Shown here one piece after another: positions 37,873-46,723 of a DNA stretch of 49,631 nt. The notes under the pieces were generated by a model, which saw nothing but the letters and a program-made list of their open reading frames with translations, was not told the DNA's origin and did no database searches. Numbering within the stretch: the stretch's first letter is position 1; each line of letters opens with the position of its first letter. The translations under genes were made by a program, and so were the position numbers. Origin of the DNA: Eubacteriales bacterium (GTDB lineage: Bacteria; Bacillota; Clostridia; Oscillospirales; CAG-382); the NCBI GenBank assembly GCA_045596755.1, contig JAZOCZ010000122.1, forward strand, positions 1 through 49,631, given 5' to 3'.

Positions 37873-39782
37873 TAAAAAAATTTATCCCGCTATTTCTCGT
37901 TTTGGTTTTATCCCTCTCGTTTTTTGTGAGTTGTAAAACGGAAACTTCGAAAGATGACGTTTTTTCAAAGGATTCAGAAAAATCAAAAGATGAATTCAAG
38001 GATGAATCGAATTATGAATCAAAGGATGAATCCGTAAATTCCTCTTCCGATGATTTTGAGAATGCTTCTGTGGAAGAAATTCTTTCAAACATGAACCTTT
38101 GGGAAAAAATCGGTCAGATGATCATGCCCTCAATCCGCACGTGGAACGGTGAACCTGTAACGAGTACAATTCCCGAAGACCTGAAAAAAGTTATCAACAA
38201 ATATCAAGTTGGCAATATTATTCTCTTTGCGGAAAACTTCACCACGGCGGAAGACACGGTGAGGCTGACCCACTCTCTGAACGAAGCATTGAGCATTGAT
38301 ATCCCCATGTTCATAGGTGCAGACCAAGAGGGCGGAAACGTTGTCAGACTAAACTACGGCTGTTCCCTTGTGGGCAATATGGCTCTCGGTGCTATAGGGT
38401 CTGACGAGAATTCGTATATAGTGGGAAAAATAACGGGAGAACAGCTTTCCGCTTTAGGACTAAATCTTGATTTAGCACCAACCCTTGACGTTAACAACAA
38501 CCCCGCAAATCCCGTTATAAACATTCGCTCCTTCTCGGAAGACCCAGACCTTGTAGCCCGTTTAGGCGTTGCCATGATAAAGGGTATGCAGGATAAAAAC
38601 GTTTCCGCTTGTGCAAAGCATTTCCCAGGTCATGGGGACACGGAAACGGATTCCCATTACGGTCTGCCTTCCATCGATAAATCCTTAGATGAAATCAAGA
38701 ACGTGGAACTGATTCCATTCCAAGCCGCTATTGACGGTGGTATTGATATGATAATGACGGCTCATATACAGTTCCCGCAGGTTGAATCTGAAGAAAGAAA
38801 CGGACTTGTGCTTCCTGCAACCTTATCGAAAAAAATCCTTACGGACATTTTGAAAACGGATATGGGTTTTAAAGGCGTTGTTATTACGGACTCCATGCAT
38901 ATGGATGCCATAACCTCACATTTCTCTACAGCGGAAGCCTCCATTCTTGCAATAAACGCAGGTGTCGATATTCTGCTTATGCCCGTAAATCTTCATCACG
39001 ACGGACATGTAAGAGAACTTGAAAATTTTATAAGCAGTATTGTTCAAGCTGTAGCATCGGGAAAAATTCCAATGTCAAGAATAAACGATGCGGTGACACG
39101 TATTCTCACAGTAAAAAAAGAAAGAGGTCTCTGGGAAAGAAGCAGCCTCTCCCTTGATGAAAAAATTGCTAATGCAAAAGAAGTTGTGGGCAACGCAGAA
39201 CATAAAGCCTTTGAACGTGAATTGGCTTCAAAATGCGTAACTGTTCTTGAAAACAAAACGGGAAATCTTTTTTCGGATATGGCAAATGGAAAATCTATCC
39301 TTTTTGCCGTACCTTCCGAAGATATTGGAAAAAACGTTGAGTTTATTCTCAACCGTCTCATAAGCGAAAACAAAATAAATTTAAACTATCAGATACAAAA
39401 CCATGACGATGTAAAAAATTCAAGTCTTGAAAATATTGACGGTGTTGTTATTCTTACGGACACGTCATCATTATGGAACGTCAAAGAGCCTCTTAAAGTC
39501 TTTGAATATGCTTTAGAAAAAGGGAAAAAAGTTGCCGTAATAAGTTGCAGAATACCTTACGATACGGCATTATTCACGAAAGCCGACTGTCTCCTCGCTT
39601 GCTATTGTCCCAAAGGCGGTGTTCCAGAAACGGCTACCTCTGCCTTCGGTGTCAATATCGGAGGTGCCTTGGAGGTTCTTCTCGGATTAAAGGAAGGTAA
39701 GGGAAAACTTCCCGTAACGATATACAGCGTATCAGAAAAAGGCAAAATAAATTTTGAAACAGTAATTTATCCAAAGGGCTGA
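37869..39782 (+). CDS. Glycoside hydrolase family 3 beta-N-acetylhexosaminidase-like lipoprotein
   Basis: Lipobox LSFFVSC, plus the KHFPGHGDTETDSH and ADQEGG motifs of GH3. Start chosen at ATG 37869 (GGAG 6 nt upstream) rather than the track start 37857. Confidence 0.85.
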   Translation: MIKKFIPLFLVLVLSLSFFVSCKTETSKDDVFSKDSEKSKDEFKDESNYESKDESVNSSSDDFENASVEEILSNMNLWEKIGQMIMPSIRTWNGEPVTSTIPEDLKKVINKYQVGNIILFAENFTTAEDTVRLTHSLNEALSIDIPMFIGADQEGGNVVRLNYGCSLVGNMALGAIGSDENSYIVGKITGEQLSALGLNLDLAPTLDVNNNPANPVINIRSFSEDPDLVARLGVAMIKGMQDKNVSACAKHFPGHGDTETDSHYGLPSIDKSLDEIKNVELIPFQAAIDGGIDMIMTAHIQFPQVESEERNGLVLPATLSKKILTDILKTDMGFKGVVITDSMHMDAITSHFSTAEASILAINAGVDILLMPVNLHHDGHVRELENFISSIVQAVASGKIPMSRINDAVTRILTVKKERGLWERSSLSLDEKIANAKEVVGNAEHKAFERELASKCVTVLENKTGNLFSDMANGKSILFAVPSEDIGKNVEFILNRLISENKINLNYQIQNHDDVKNSSLENIDGVVILTDTSSLWNVKEPLKVFEYALEKGKKVAVISCRIPYDTALFTKADCLLACYCPKGGVPETATSAFGVNIGGALEVLLGLKEGKGKLPVTIYSVSEKGKINFETVIYPKG

Positions 39783-39811
39783 AAAAGCCTTAACAGAAAG
39801 GATGATTTGAA

Positions 39812-42448
39812 TTGGCACAGAAAAAAACAATAAAGAAAATCACAAAAGGGGATTCAAAAACCCAAAGAGCGAAAAAAGCGGAAACTTCCGCTAAAACGTC
39901 GAAAAAAGAAGAACAGACCGTTTCACGCCCCGTCAATTTTATCGTTTTGGTTTTAACTTTTTCGGCAATAGGACTTTTGATTTTCCTCTCAATGATAGTT
40001 AATATCGTTTCACATTTTAACGGTGAAACTGCTCTGCTTGGATATCTCACAGAGCCTATCATGGGACTTTTCGGCATATGCACACCCGCCATCGGTGCAT
40101 ACTCCATTGGATACGCCTATTTTTGCTACAAATACAGAAACGATTTGTCAACGAAAAACGCAAAGGGTATTTTGCTAATTCTAAATTTAGTATTTCTCCT
40201 TGGAACGCTTCACCTTATAAATACTCTATGGGTAAACGTTCCCACCAACGTGAAAGACCTTTGGAATTGCGGAATCCATTGGCAAGGATGTGGCGTTGTC
40301 GGTGGATATCTGGGATGGTTTTTAAGCAAACTTTTACATAAATCTGTAGGTCTCGTTTTCGGACTTTTAGTTTATTTCGTATGCCTTATATTCTTCTGTG
40401 GTGGTTCGCCGCTGGACGTTCTCAAATCCTTCGCAAAACGGATAAAATGCTTTTTCAGATACGTTGTTGAAAAAACAAAAAAATCCTTCGAAAGACGTGC
40501 TTTTGAAAAGAAGGAAGAAGAAACAAGAAAAGCCTACGAAAAAACTCCCGCTGTAAAGCCTGCAACAACGCAGAAAAAAACCACCTATCAAGCCAAAGAA
40601 GAAGAAAAGCCCTTTGAAAAGGAAGAAAGCAGGGAAGAACCTACCCCTGTTTCCACCTATCCAAAGGAAAGAACGGAAAATTACGTTACAGGCAGTATTT
40701 ACGATGCTCCCATACGTAAAGAGACTTCAAAGGAAAAAACCGAAGAAGAATCGTCAGAAATCGGTGAAAAAGTCAAAAACAAATTCGGTTTCAAAATGGG
40801 CAGAGAAGCAAGAGATGACGGAACTGCAGAGGTTCCCTCTGATGACGTATCATTTGAGCCTGACGAAAAATCCGAAGAAGAACCAATTGCTATAACAGGT
40901 GAACAGACAGAAATCGTTCCCGCAGATAGCATAGAAACGCCTGTATATATCACTCCCCCTATGGATTTACTCAAAGCCGGAGACGAAGAAACATCCTTCA
41001 ACTCTGCCGAGGTGGAGCAGAAAAAACGCATACTTCTCGAAACCCTTGAAGCCTTCAAAGTAAAAGCGAACGTGGTAAATATCAGTTGCGGTCCCACAAT
41101 AACACGTTACGAAATCGAACCTGAAATCGGTGTCAGCGTTAAATCCATCGAAAAATTGGGTAAGGATTTAGCATTGAGACTTGCGGCAAAATCCCTTCGT
41201 ATTGAAGCTCCAATACCCGGAAAATGTGCCGTTGGTATTGAGGTTTCAAACAATGACCGTCTCACAGTAAAACTCCGTGATATTCTCGATTCACCCGTAT
41301 TCAAAGAACACAAGAGTAAACTTTTCTGCTGTCTCGGTGTTGACGTTGCGGGTAACGCTGTATATTTAGATATTCCAAAAATGCCCCACTTATTGATTGC
41401 AGGTGCAACGGGTATGGGTAAATCCGTATGCCTTAACTGTCTTATCGTATCCTTGCTTTACAGAGCTACCCCAGATGAAGTAAGACTTATCCTCATTGAC
41501 CCTAAAAAAGTTGAATTCAGCCATTACGCAGACATTCCTCATCTTCTCGCCCCCGTTGTTACAAACATAAACAAATGTGCGGGCACTCTTAATTGGGCTG
41601 TTGCGGAAATGGAGCGAAGATACGATATTTTCGAAGCACACAGCCTCAGAAACCTTGAAGAATATCAAGCTCAAACTGCAGACGACCCCGAAGCAGAAAA
41701 ACTTGCTTCCATCGTTATCGTTATTGACGAGTTGGCAGACTTGATGATGCAGGCGAAAGCAGAGGTTGAAACTTCAATATGCCGCCTTGCACAGAAAGCA
41801 CGTGCGGCAGGTATGTATCTGATTTTAGGTACGCAAAGACCTTCCGTTGACGTTATTACGGGTCTTATAAAGGCAAATATACCTTCAAGAATTTCCCTTG
41901 CCGTTTCTTCTCAGGTTGACTCAAGAACTATTCTCGACTCTGCAGGCGCGGAAAGCCTTCTTGACAAGGGTGATATACTTTATGCTCCCGCAGGCGCAAG
42001 AAAGGCGCTTCGTGTTCAGGGTGCTTTTATCAGCACCAAAGAACTAAATTCCGTTTGCGAATTTGTCAGAAGCAACTCCAAACCACAGTACGACCCCGAC
42101 GTTGTGAAGAACATAAACACAGCAACGGAAAACTACGGCAAATCCAAAAAAGGAAAATCCGACGAAGATGCAGGAGACAACGCCACGGATACAAAAGATT
42201 TGGAACTTATGATTGCCGCATTGGAAGTTGGTTTCGATCAGGGAACAGTTTCCACGTCTTACATTCAGAGAAGACTTTCCTTCGGTTACGCAAAGGCTGC
42301 AAGAGTTGTTGATATGCTTCAACAGCATGGTTTTGTTTCCGCTCCCGACCCTGTAAACAAGTTGAGAAAAATTCTTATTTCACCGCAGGAATTGGCAGAA
42401 CTTAAAATGAACGGTGCTATTTCCAAAAAAGACGAAGAAAGCGAATAA
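39812..42448 (+). CDS. ftsK: DNA translocase FtsK/SpoIIIE
   Basis: N-terminal TM helices, an acidic/basic linker, the motor domain (GATGMGKSV Walker A, VIVIDELADL Walker B) and a C-terminal gamma winged-helix (SYIQRRLSFGYAKAARVVDMLQQHG). TTG start. Confidence 0.93.
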   Translation: MAQKKTIKKITKGDSKTQRAKKAETSAKTSKKEEQTVSRPVNFIVLVLTFSAIGLLIFLSMIVNIVSHFNGETALLGYLTEPIMGLFGICTPAIGAYSIGYAYFCYKYRNDLSTKNAKGILLILNLVFLLGTLHLINTLWVNVPTNVKDLWNCGIHWQGCGVVGGYLGWFLSKLLHKSVGLVFGLLVYFVCLIFFCGGSPLDVLKSFAKRIKCFFRYVVEKTKKSFERRAFEKKEEETRKAYEKTPAVKPATTQKKTTYQAKEEEKPFEKEESREEPTPVSTYPKERTENYVTGSIYDAPIRKETSKEKTEEESSEIGEKVKNKFGFKMGREARDDGTAEVPSDDVSFEPDEKSEEEPIAITGEQTEIVPADSIETPVYITPPMDLLKAGDEETSFNSAEVEQKKRILLETLEAFKVKANVVNISCGPTITRYEIEPEIGVSVKSIEKLGKDLALRLAAKSLRIEAPIPGKCAVGIEVSNNDRLTVKLRDILDSPVFKEHKSKLFCCLGVDVAGNAVYLDIPKMPHLLIAGATGMGKSVCLNCLIVSLLYRATPDEVRLILIDPKKVEFSHYADIPHLLAPVVTNINKCAGTLNWAVAEMERRYDIFEAHSLRNLEEYQAQTADDPEAEKLASIVIVIDELADLMMQAKAEVETSICRLAQKARAAGMYLILGTQRPSVDVITGLIKANIPSRISLAVSSQVDSRTILDSAGAESLLDKGDILYAPAGARKALRVQGAFISTKELNSVCEFVRSNSKPQYDPDVVKNINTATENYGKSKKGKSDEDAGDNATDTKDLELMIAALEVGFDQGTVSTSYIQRRLSFGYAKAARVVDMLQQHGFVSAPDPVNKLRKILISPQELAELKMNGAISKKDEESE

Positions 42449-42449
42449 T

Positions 42450-43019
42450 ATGAAAACTTCAAGATTTTTTATTCCACTTTTTATTCTCATTTCCGCCCTT
42501 ATTCTTTCTTCATGTTCAAACCCCGTAACGTACAGCGTGGATAAAGAGCATGAAGACAAGATAAAGGTCATATACAATATGGTGACGGGTCTCGTAAAAA
42601 ACGACGAGGAGCTTTATTTAAGCACTTTTGAACCCGAATATATCGCAAACGTAACAAAAGTCGTTGACACATTGGGAACGCAATATTTTGATGCGAAAAA
42701 CTTTGACGATCTGATGAACGGATTTTTCTTTCAGAATAAATCAGGATTAGAATCAAACTATGGTAAGGACGTAAAAGTTAAACTTTCCTTTAATTCTGTA
42801 GAGACGGTTTCAAAAGATTCTCTCGGCGAGTTTATCGACGATTATTCCGTTTCCTACAAACTCCCTCTCGATAAAACCGTGGAAGTTTCAAAAGTTTCGG
42901 TCAAAATTCATATCAAGGGTGACGAATACGAAGGATCTGTAGACAGCCAATTTGTATTGCTTAAACTTTCCGAAGGAGGATGGAAATTACATCCGCAAAG
43001 TTTTTTATACGCTTTTTAA
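42450..43019 (+). CDS. Lipoprotein of unknown function
   Basis: MKTSRFFIPLFILISALILSSCS lipobox. ATG 42450 was chosen over track start 42414, which overlaps ftsK. Confidence 0.6.
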   Translation: MKTSRFFIPLFILISALILSSCSNPVTYSVDKEHEDKIKVIYNMVTGLVKNDEELYLSTFEPEYIANVTKVVDTLGTQYFDAKNFDDLMNGFFFQNKSGLESNYGKDVKVKLSFNSVETVSKDSLGEFIDDYSVSYKLPLDKTVEVSKVSVKIHIKGDEYEGSVDSQFVLLKLSEGGWKLHPQSFLYAF

Positions 43020-43038
43020 AAGCAGAAAGTGAGTTATT

Positions 43039-43887
43039 ATGGATATTTTAATCGCTATGCTTTACGGAATAATCGAAGGAATAACGGAATGGCTTCCCGT
43101 GAGCAGTACGGGTCACTTAATTATTTTTGAGAACATTCTTCCATTCCGTGCAGTTTCCGATGATTTTCTCGATATGTTCCGTGTTGTTGTACAATTAGGA
43201 GCGATTCTTGCCGTTGTTACCATCTATTGGAACAAAATCTTCCCCTTTGATTTTTCCAAGGAAAGAAAAAGCCTTATAAAACCTGATATTTTTTCCCTTT
43301 GGTTCAAAATCATAGTAGCTTGCGTTCCTGCCGCAATAGTTGGACTTTTGTTTGATGATAAGCTCGAAGCAATTTTCTACAATCCTTTGACAGTTGCTAT
43401 AAGCCTTGCGGTGTTTGGCTTTGTTTTCCTTGTAGTCGAATCGATAAACAAGAATAAAACGCCCTCTGTTGATTCACCGTATAACATTACGTACAAAGCG
43501 GCTGTAATAATTGGCGCATTTCAGCTTCTTGCCGCTATTTTCCCAGGGACTTCCCGTTCGGGTGCTACCATCATCGGTGCGTTACTTATCGGCATTTCAA
43601 GAACCGCTGCCGCTGAATTTACGTTCTTTTTGGGAATCCCCGTTATGTTCGGAGCAAGCCTTCTGAAAATAGCAAAATTTGCTCTTGACGGCAACTCCAT
43701 GACGCCAAACGAATGGACTATAATGGTAATCGGGTTTGTCGTTGCTTACGTAGTTTCCATTATTGCAATAAGAGGTCTTATGGCATACGTTAAAAAGCAT
43801 GACTTCAAGCCATTTGGCTGGTACAGAATTATTCTCGCCATAGCGGTATTGGCTTACTTTTTCATTACAAAACAACCCCTTATATAA
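43039..43887 (+). CDS. uppP: Undecaprenyl-diphosphate phosphatase
   Basis: GIIEGITEWLPVSSTGHL and PGTSRSGATI motifs with eight TM helices. Confidence 0.95.
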   Translation: MDILIAMLYGIIEGITEWLPVSSTGHLIIFENILPFRAVSDDFLDMFRVVVQLGAILAVVTIYWNKIFPFDFSKERKSLIKPDIFSLWFKIIVACVPAAIVGLLFDDKLEAIFYNPLTVAISLAVFGFVFLVVESINKNKTPSVDSPYNITYKAAVIIGAFQLLAAIFPGTSRSGATIIGALLIGISRTAAAEFTFFLGIPVMFGASLLKIAKFALDGNSMTPNEWTIMVIGFVVAYVVSIIAIRGLMAYVKKHDFKPFGWYRIILAIAVLAYFFITKQPLI

Positions 43888-43920
43888 CGTTGATAGTTTT
43901 ATTCCAAATATGTTCAGGTA

Positions 43921-43953
43921 GGAGATACGAGATTTTTCGTATCTTCTTTTTTT
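43921..43953 (+). terminator. Intrinsic terminator after uppP
   Basis: GGAGATACGA-N6-TCGTATCTTC stem followed by TTTTTTT. Confidence 0.75.
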
Positions 43954-44000
43954 AACTTTCTTGTTTCCTTGGGAATATACTAATAAAAAATCAAAGGAGG

Positions 44001-44753
44001 ATGCAAGTGAATAACAGCAGTTATAACCCTGTTTTAAACCTTTCCAATTTTATGAGAAGACCGCCCAAAGCCACGGCTTCACTCCAAGGGAATGAAAATT
44101 ACAGAAACATAAAAGGAATGGTCAGATTCTATCAATTACCCGTAGGAGTCCTTACCGTTGCAGAAATATCGGGCTTACCCAGAGGTTCATCCCCTTGTGA
44201 AAGCCCAATTTTTGCGTTCCATATTCACGACGGAAATTCCTGCAATGCATCTCAACCACCAAGACCAAATCCAGCTCCACCCCGTCCTAATCCTAATCCG
44301 CCTACGCCACCCCGTCCTAATCCACCCTCTCCACCTCGTCCTAATCCCAATCCGCCCTCTCCACCTCGCCCCAATCCTAATCCGCCCTCTCCACCTCGTC
44401 CCAACCTTAATCCGCCCTCTCCACCTCGTCCCAATCTTAATCCACCAACCCCATCTAATTATTCCGAATTCCGCATTTCGAATTCCGAATTAACTTCCGA
44501 CCCATTCCCGAATTCAGGAAACCACTATAATCCACGAAATTGTCCTCACCCATACCATGCAGGAGATATGCCACCTCTGTTTGGTGCAGACGGATACGCA
44601 TTTCTTGCCTTTGTAAGTTCACGTTTTACGGTAAATGAAATTATTGGAAAAACGGTCATTATTCATTCAGGCGTGGATGACTTTAAAACGCAACCGTCAG
44701 GCAACGCAGGTGAGAAAATAGCATGCGGCGTAATAACCACTATTTTAAGATAA
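44001..44753 (+). CDS. Cu/Zn superoxide dismutase family (SodC-like) protein with a large in-frame Pro-rich repeat insertion
   Basis: FAFHIHDGNSC ... GNHYNP...CPHPYHAGDMPPL ... VIIHSGVDD...GNAGEKIACGVI matches the SodC metal-ligand pattern. No signal peptide. The start is uncertain: ATG 44001 abuts GGAGG, and GTG 44007 or ATG 44052 are alternatives. Confidence 0.75.
   Translation: MQVNNSSYNPVLNLSNFMRRPPKATASLQGNENYRNIKGMVRFYQLPVGVLTVAEISGLPRGSSPCESPIFAFHIHDGNSCNASQPPRPNPAPPRPNPNPPTPPRPNPPSPPRPNPNPPSPPRPNPNPPSPPRPNLNPPSPPRPNLNPPTPSNYSEFRISNSELTSDPFPNSGNHYNPRNCPHPYHAGDMPPLFGADGYAFLAFVSSRFTVNEIIGKTVIIHSGVDDFKTQPSGNAGEKIACGVITTILR
44256..44455 (+). repeat. 30-bp minisatellite (about 6.5 units, one 24-bp unit) encoding (P)PRPNPNPPSP repeats
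   Basis: Consecutive units CCACCTCGTCCTAATCCCAATCCGCCCTCT / CCACCTCGCCCCAATCCTAATCCGCCCTCT / CCACCTCGTCCCAACCTTAATCCGCCCTCT and further variants. Confidence 0.85.
44461..44491 (+). repeat. Heptamer array of the dispersed family, inside the SodC-like CDS
   Basis: ATTCCGA ATTCCGC ATTTCGA ATTCCGA ATT. It translates to SEFRISNSEL and has the same units and orientation as 7160-7197. Confidence 0.7.
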
Positions 44754-44779
44754 AACACGGATAATAAAAGTGAAAATCT

Positions 44780-44819
44780 CAAAAGGGGATGTGAAAAAAA
44801 ATTTTTACATCCCCTTTTG
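44780..44819 (+). terminator. Intrinsic terminator after the SodC-like gene
   Basis: CAAAAGGGGATGT / ACATCCCCTTTTG forms a 13-bp stem that an A/T run in the loop can extend. The T run is part of the 3' arm. Confidence 0.65.
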
Positions 44820-44881
44820 TGAAAGCTTCTGAAAAAGAAACAAAAATCCCGCAAAAAGCGAAAAAAATTTCAGAAAAGGTA

Positions 44882-44909
44882 TTGACAAATAAAAAATTTG
44901 TGGTATAAT
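44882..44909 (+). promoter_or_regulatory. Consensus sigma-A promoter for tRNA-Leu
   Basis: TTGACA (44882-44887), a 16-nt spacer, then TGgTATAAT (TATAAT at 44904-44909). It lies ~40 nt upstream of the tRNA. Confidence 0.75.
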
Positions 44910-44950
44910 GAGTAAGCTCTCTGGTGAGAGCAACCCTTAATTTAATAGAT

Positions 44951-45033
44951 GCGGCCGTGGCGGAACTGGCAGACGCGCACGTTTGAGGGGCGTGTGGGCA
45001 ACCGTATGGGTTCAAGTCCCATCGGCCGCACCA
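44951..45033 (+). tRNA. tRNA-Leu (anticodon GAG), type II with a long variable arm and encoded CCA
   Basis: Acceptor stem GCGGCCG/CGGCCGC. D arm UGGCGGAACUGGCAGACGCG, as in bacterial tRNA-Leu. Anticodon arm CACGU-UUGAGGG-GCGUG. T arm AUGGG-UUCAAGU-CCCAU. Discriminator A plus CCA. Confidence 0.9.
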
Positions 45034-45037
45034 AAAA

Positions 45038-45067
45038 TAGCACTTGCGAAAGCAAGTGCTATTTTTA
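45038..45067 (+). terminator. Intrinsic terminator after tRNA-Leu
   Basis: TAGCACTTGC-GAAA-GCAAGTGCTA forms a 10-bp stem with a GNRA loop, followed by TTTTT. Confidence 0.75.
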
Positions 45068-45196
45068 TCAAATCCGAAGGATTTGTATGGAATCACGCGG
45101 AAAGCGTGTATGAAATCAGCTCGCTTTGCTGGCTGTATTGCATCAAGATTCAGTCTTGTATTACTCTACGCCCCACTCAAAAAAAGGAAACGCAAA

Positions 45197-45715
45197 ATGA
45201 AAAAATCTAAAGTTTCACTTGGAAACGCAATTTTTCTATTTACAGTTGGTATGATACTTGGAACTGTATTTATATTCGGAATGGGCTATTGGAATTCCAA
45301 CGTAACAAGAGAGGAATGCATTGAAGTTAAAACGCATTTTCTTTCTTATAAAGAAATTAAGCAGCAAAGAAGATTCAACAGAATTAAAGAAATTGCTGTT
45401 GATTGCACAAACGGGGAAAGATATTTTATAGATGGTGTGAGCATCAATGAAGAAGTTGTTCAGATGCTATCCGAACTAGCCGAAAAGCAACCAATAACGT
45501 TGCTAATTCACCCAAACAGCGATACAATTGTTGAATTTTCAACCCAATCCATTAGTGTTTTGGAATTCAACAATACAATGAAAAAATTACGTACAGAAAA
45601 TACAGCATTTCTGTTTTTAGGAATTTTCATGTATATTTGTATGGTTGTAGGTTTATATTATATTGTTTTACACTACGTTCATAAACGCAAGTATAAAAAG
45701 AATTTCGCTTATTGA
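45197..45715 (+). CDS. Two-TM membrane protein of unknown function
   Basis: ATG 45197 (MKKSKVSLGNAIFLFTVGMILGTVFIFGMGYW...) follows AAGGAAA. The track start 45044 would overlap the tRNA terminator. A second TM helix lies near the C-terminus. Confidence 0.55.
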   Translation: MKKSKVSLGNAIFLFTVGMILGTVFIFGMGYWNSNVTREECIEVKTHFLSYKEIKQQRRFNRIKEIAVDCTNGERYFIDGVSINEEVVQMLSELAEKQPITLLIHPNSDTIVEFSTQSISVLEFNNTMKKLRTENTAFLFLGIFMYICMVVGLYYIVLHYVHKRKYKKNFAY

Positions 45716-45759
45716 TTTTTCTTTCAATATTTATCCTTACACACAAAAGGAAGCAAACC

Positions 45760-46170
45760 ATGAAAAAATACAAATTAACTCAAAAGGACGAGTTATTGAT
45801 AAAAACCGCCCTTGAAACGTTGAAAAACAATTTTGATGACGGTATATACAACCACACGGTAGGATGTGCTGTATTATGCCAAAATGGAAAAATATATTCA
45901 GGCGTAAATTGTGACGGTATACATGGCTCTTGTGCCGAATATATAACAATAGGAACGGCAATTTCCGCAGGCGAAAGAGAGTTTGAAACTATAGTCGCCG
46001 TACACGATAAGCAAAAAAACTACGTTATTTCCCCTTGCGGTAATTGCAGGCAAATGCTTTTTGAGTATTGCCCCGATATAAAAGTCATTATTAACGACGA
46101 AAAAGAAGGACTTTTCAAAGTTAAAGCAAAGGACTTGTTACCTTATGCATGGGAAAGTGTAATTTGCTGA
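45760..46170 (+). CDS. Cytidine-deaminase-fold protein, blasticidin-S deaminase (Bsr/BSD)-like
   Basis: The zinc motifs CAE (GSCAEYI) and PCGNCRQ are present. Length and layout (LTQKDELLIKTALE..., FETIVAV, YCPDIKVII) resemble my recollection of small BSD-type deaminases. ATG 45760 with AAAGGA upstream. Confidence 0.75.
   Translation: MKKYKLTQKDELLIKTALETLKNNFDDGIYNHTVGCAVLCQNGKIYSGVNCDGIHGSCAEYITIGTAISAGEREFETIVAVHDKQKNYVISPCGNCRQMLFEYCPDIKVIINDEKEGLFKVKAKDLLPYAWESVIC
46138..46170 (+). repeat. Direct repeat A: the native 3' end of the deaminase gene
   Basis: TTACCTTATGCATGGGAAAGTGTAATTTGCTGA encodes LPYAWESVIC*. Confidence 0.8.
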
Positions 46171-46220
46171 AAATTATCATTTAATAGAATTCTGAACACT
46201 AAAAATAAAGGAGCTATTAT

Positions 46221-46631
46221 ATGTGTTATTTTCTTTATGGAGCTATTAACTCAGGAATTAACGACGAAGATTATAAAACAGCATCGAAAGACAATGAATT
46301 TCATTTTAATTGCGGTAATATAAAGGACGTAAATGCTTGCGTTGAAAAATGCGGTATGGATTACAGAATAACCTTTAATTATTGCGATTGTAATACCGAT
46401 ATAGGTCAGAATGATACAAACAAAAAACAGTTGAAATCACTTGAAGAGCTTCTTCTTAACTTTAAAAACGTTCGTGGAATAAAATATGTTTTAATAAGTA
46501 AGAATTGGTATGATGAAACCAACGATGCACAAGAAACAGTTCACATAGACGATATTGATATTTTGTCATTCCTTGCAAATATGGAAACCAACTGTCTATA
46601 TAAAATAGAATTATACAAAAAATACTATTAG
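46221..46631 (+). CDS. Orphan Cys-rich hypothetical protein (136 aa)
   Basis: RBS AAAGGAG. Very AT-rich. No motif was recognised. Confidence 0.5.
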   Translation: MCYFLYGAINSGINDEDYKTASKDNEFHFNCGNIKDVNACVEKCGMDYRITFNYCDCNTDIGQNDTNKKQLKSLEELLLNFKNVRGIKYVLISKNWYDETNDAQETVHIDDIDILSFLANMETNCLYKIELYKKYY

Positions 46632-46647
46632 AATATCAAAAAACTCG

Positions 46648-46680
46648 TTACCGTATGCATGGGAAAGTGCGATATGTTGA
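46648..46680 (+). repeat. Direct repeat B: an orphan copy of a deaminase 3' end
   Basis: TTACCGTATGCATGGGAAAGTGCGATATGTTGA would encode LPYAWESAIC*. It matches repeat A at 28 of 33 nt. Confidence 0.8.
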
Positions 46681-46685
46681 AACAC

Positions 46686-46723
46686 CAAAAAGGCTGTTTC
46701 AGGCAAATGCTTGAAACAGCCTT
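46686..46723. terminator. Bidirectional terminator between convergent genes
   Basis: AAGGCTGTTTCA-N10-TGAAACAGCCTT forms a 12-bp stem. The A5 run upstream gives a T5 run for the minus-strand LRR gene. Confidence 0.7.

Noticed and set aside
44158-44493. 111-aa (+) and 60-aa (-) ORFs over the proline minisatellite
   Set aside because: They are alternative-frame and antisense readings of the 30-bp repeat. The SodC-like frame is the only one with family motifs on both sides.
44779-45096. 105-aa minus-strand ORF
   Set aside because: It overlaps the tRNA-Leu gene, its promoter and two terminators.
37857-45760. Track start codons 37857, 42414, 45044 and 45712
   Set aside because: Each would extend the protein into the preceding gene, tRNA or terminator. 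Internal ATGs (37869, 42450, 45197, 45760) have proper RBS spacing and yield clean signal-peptide or native N-termini.
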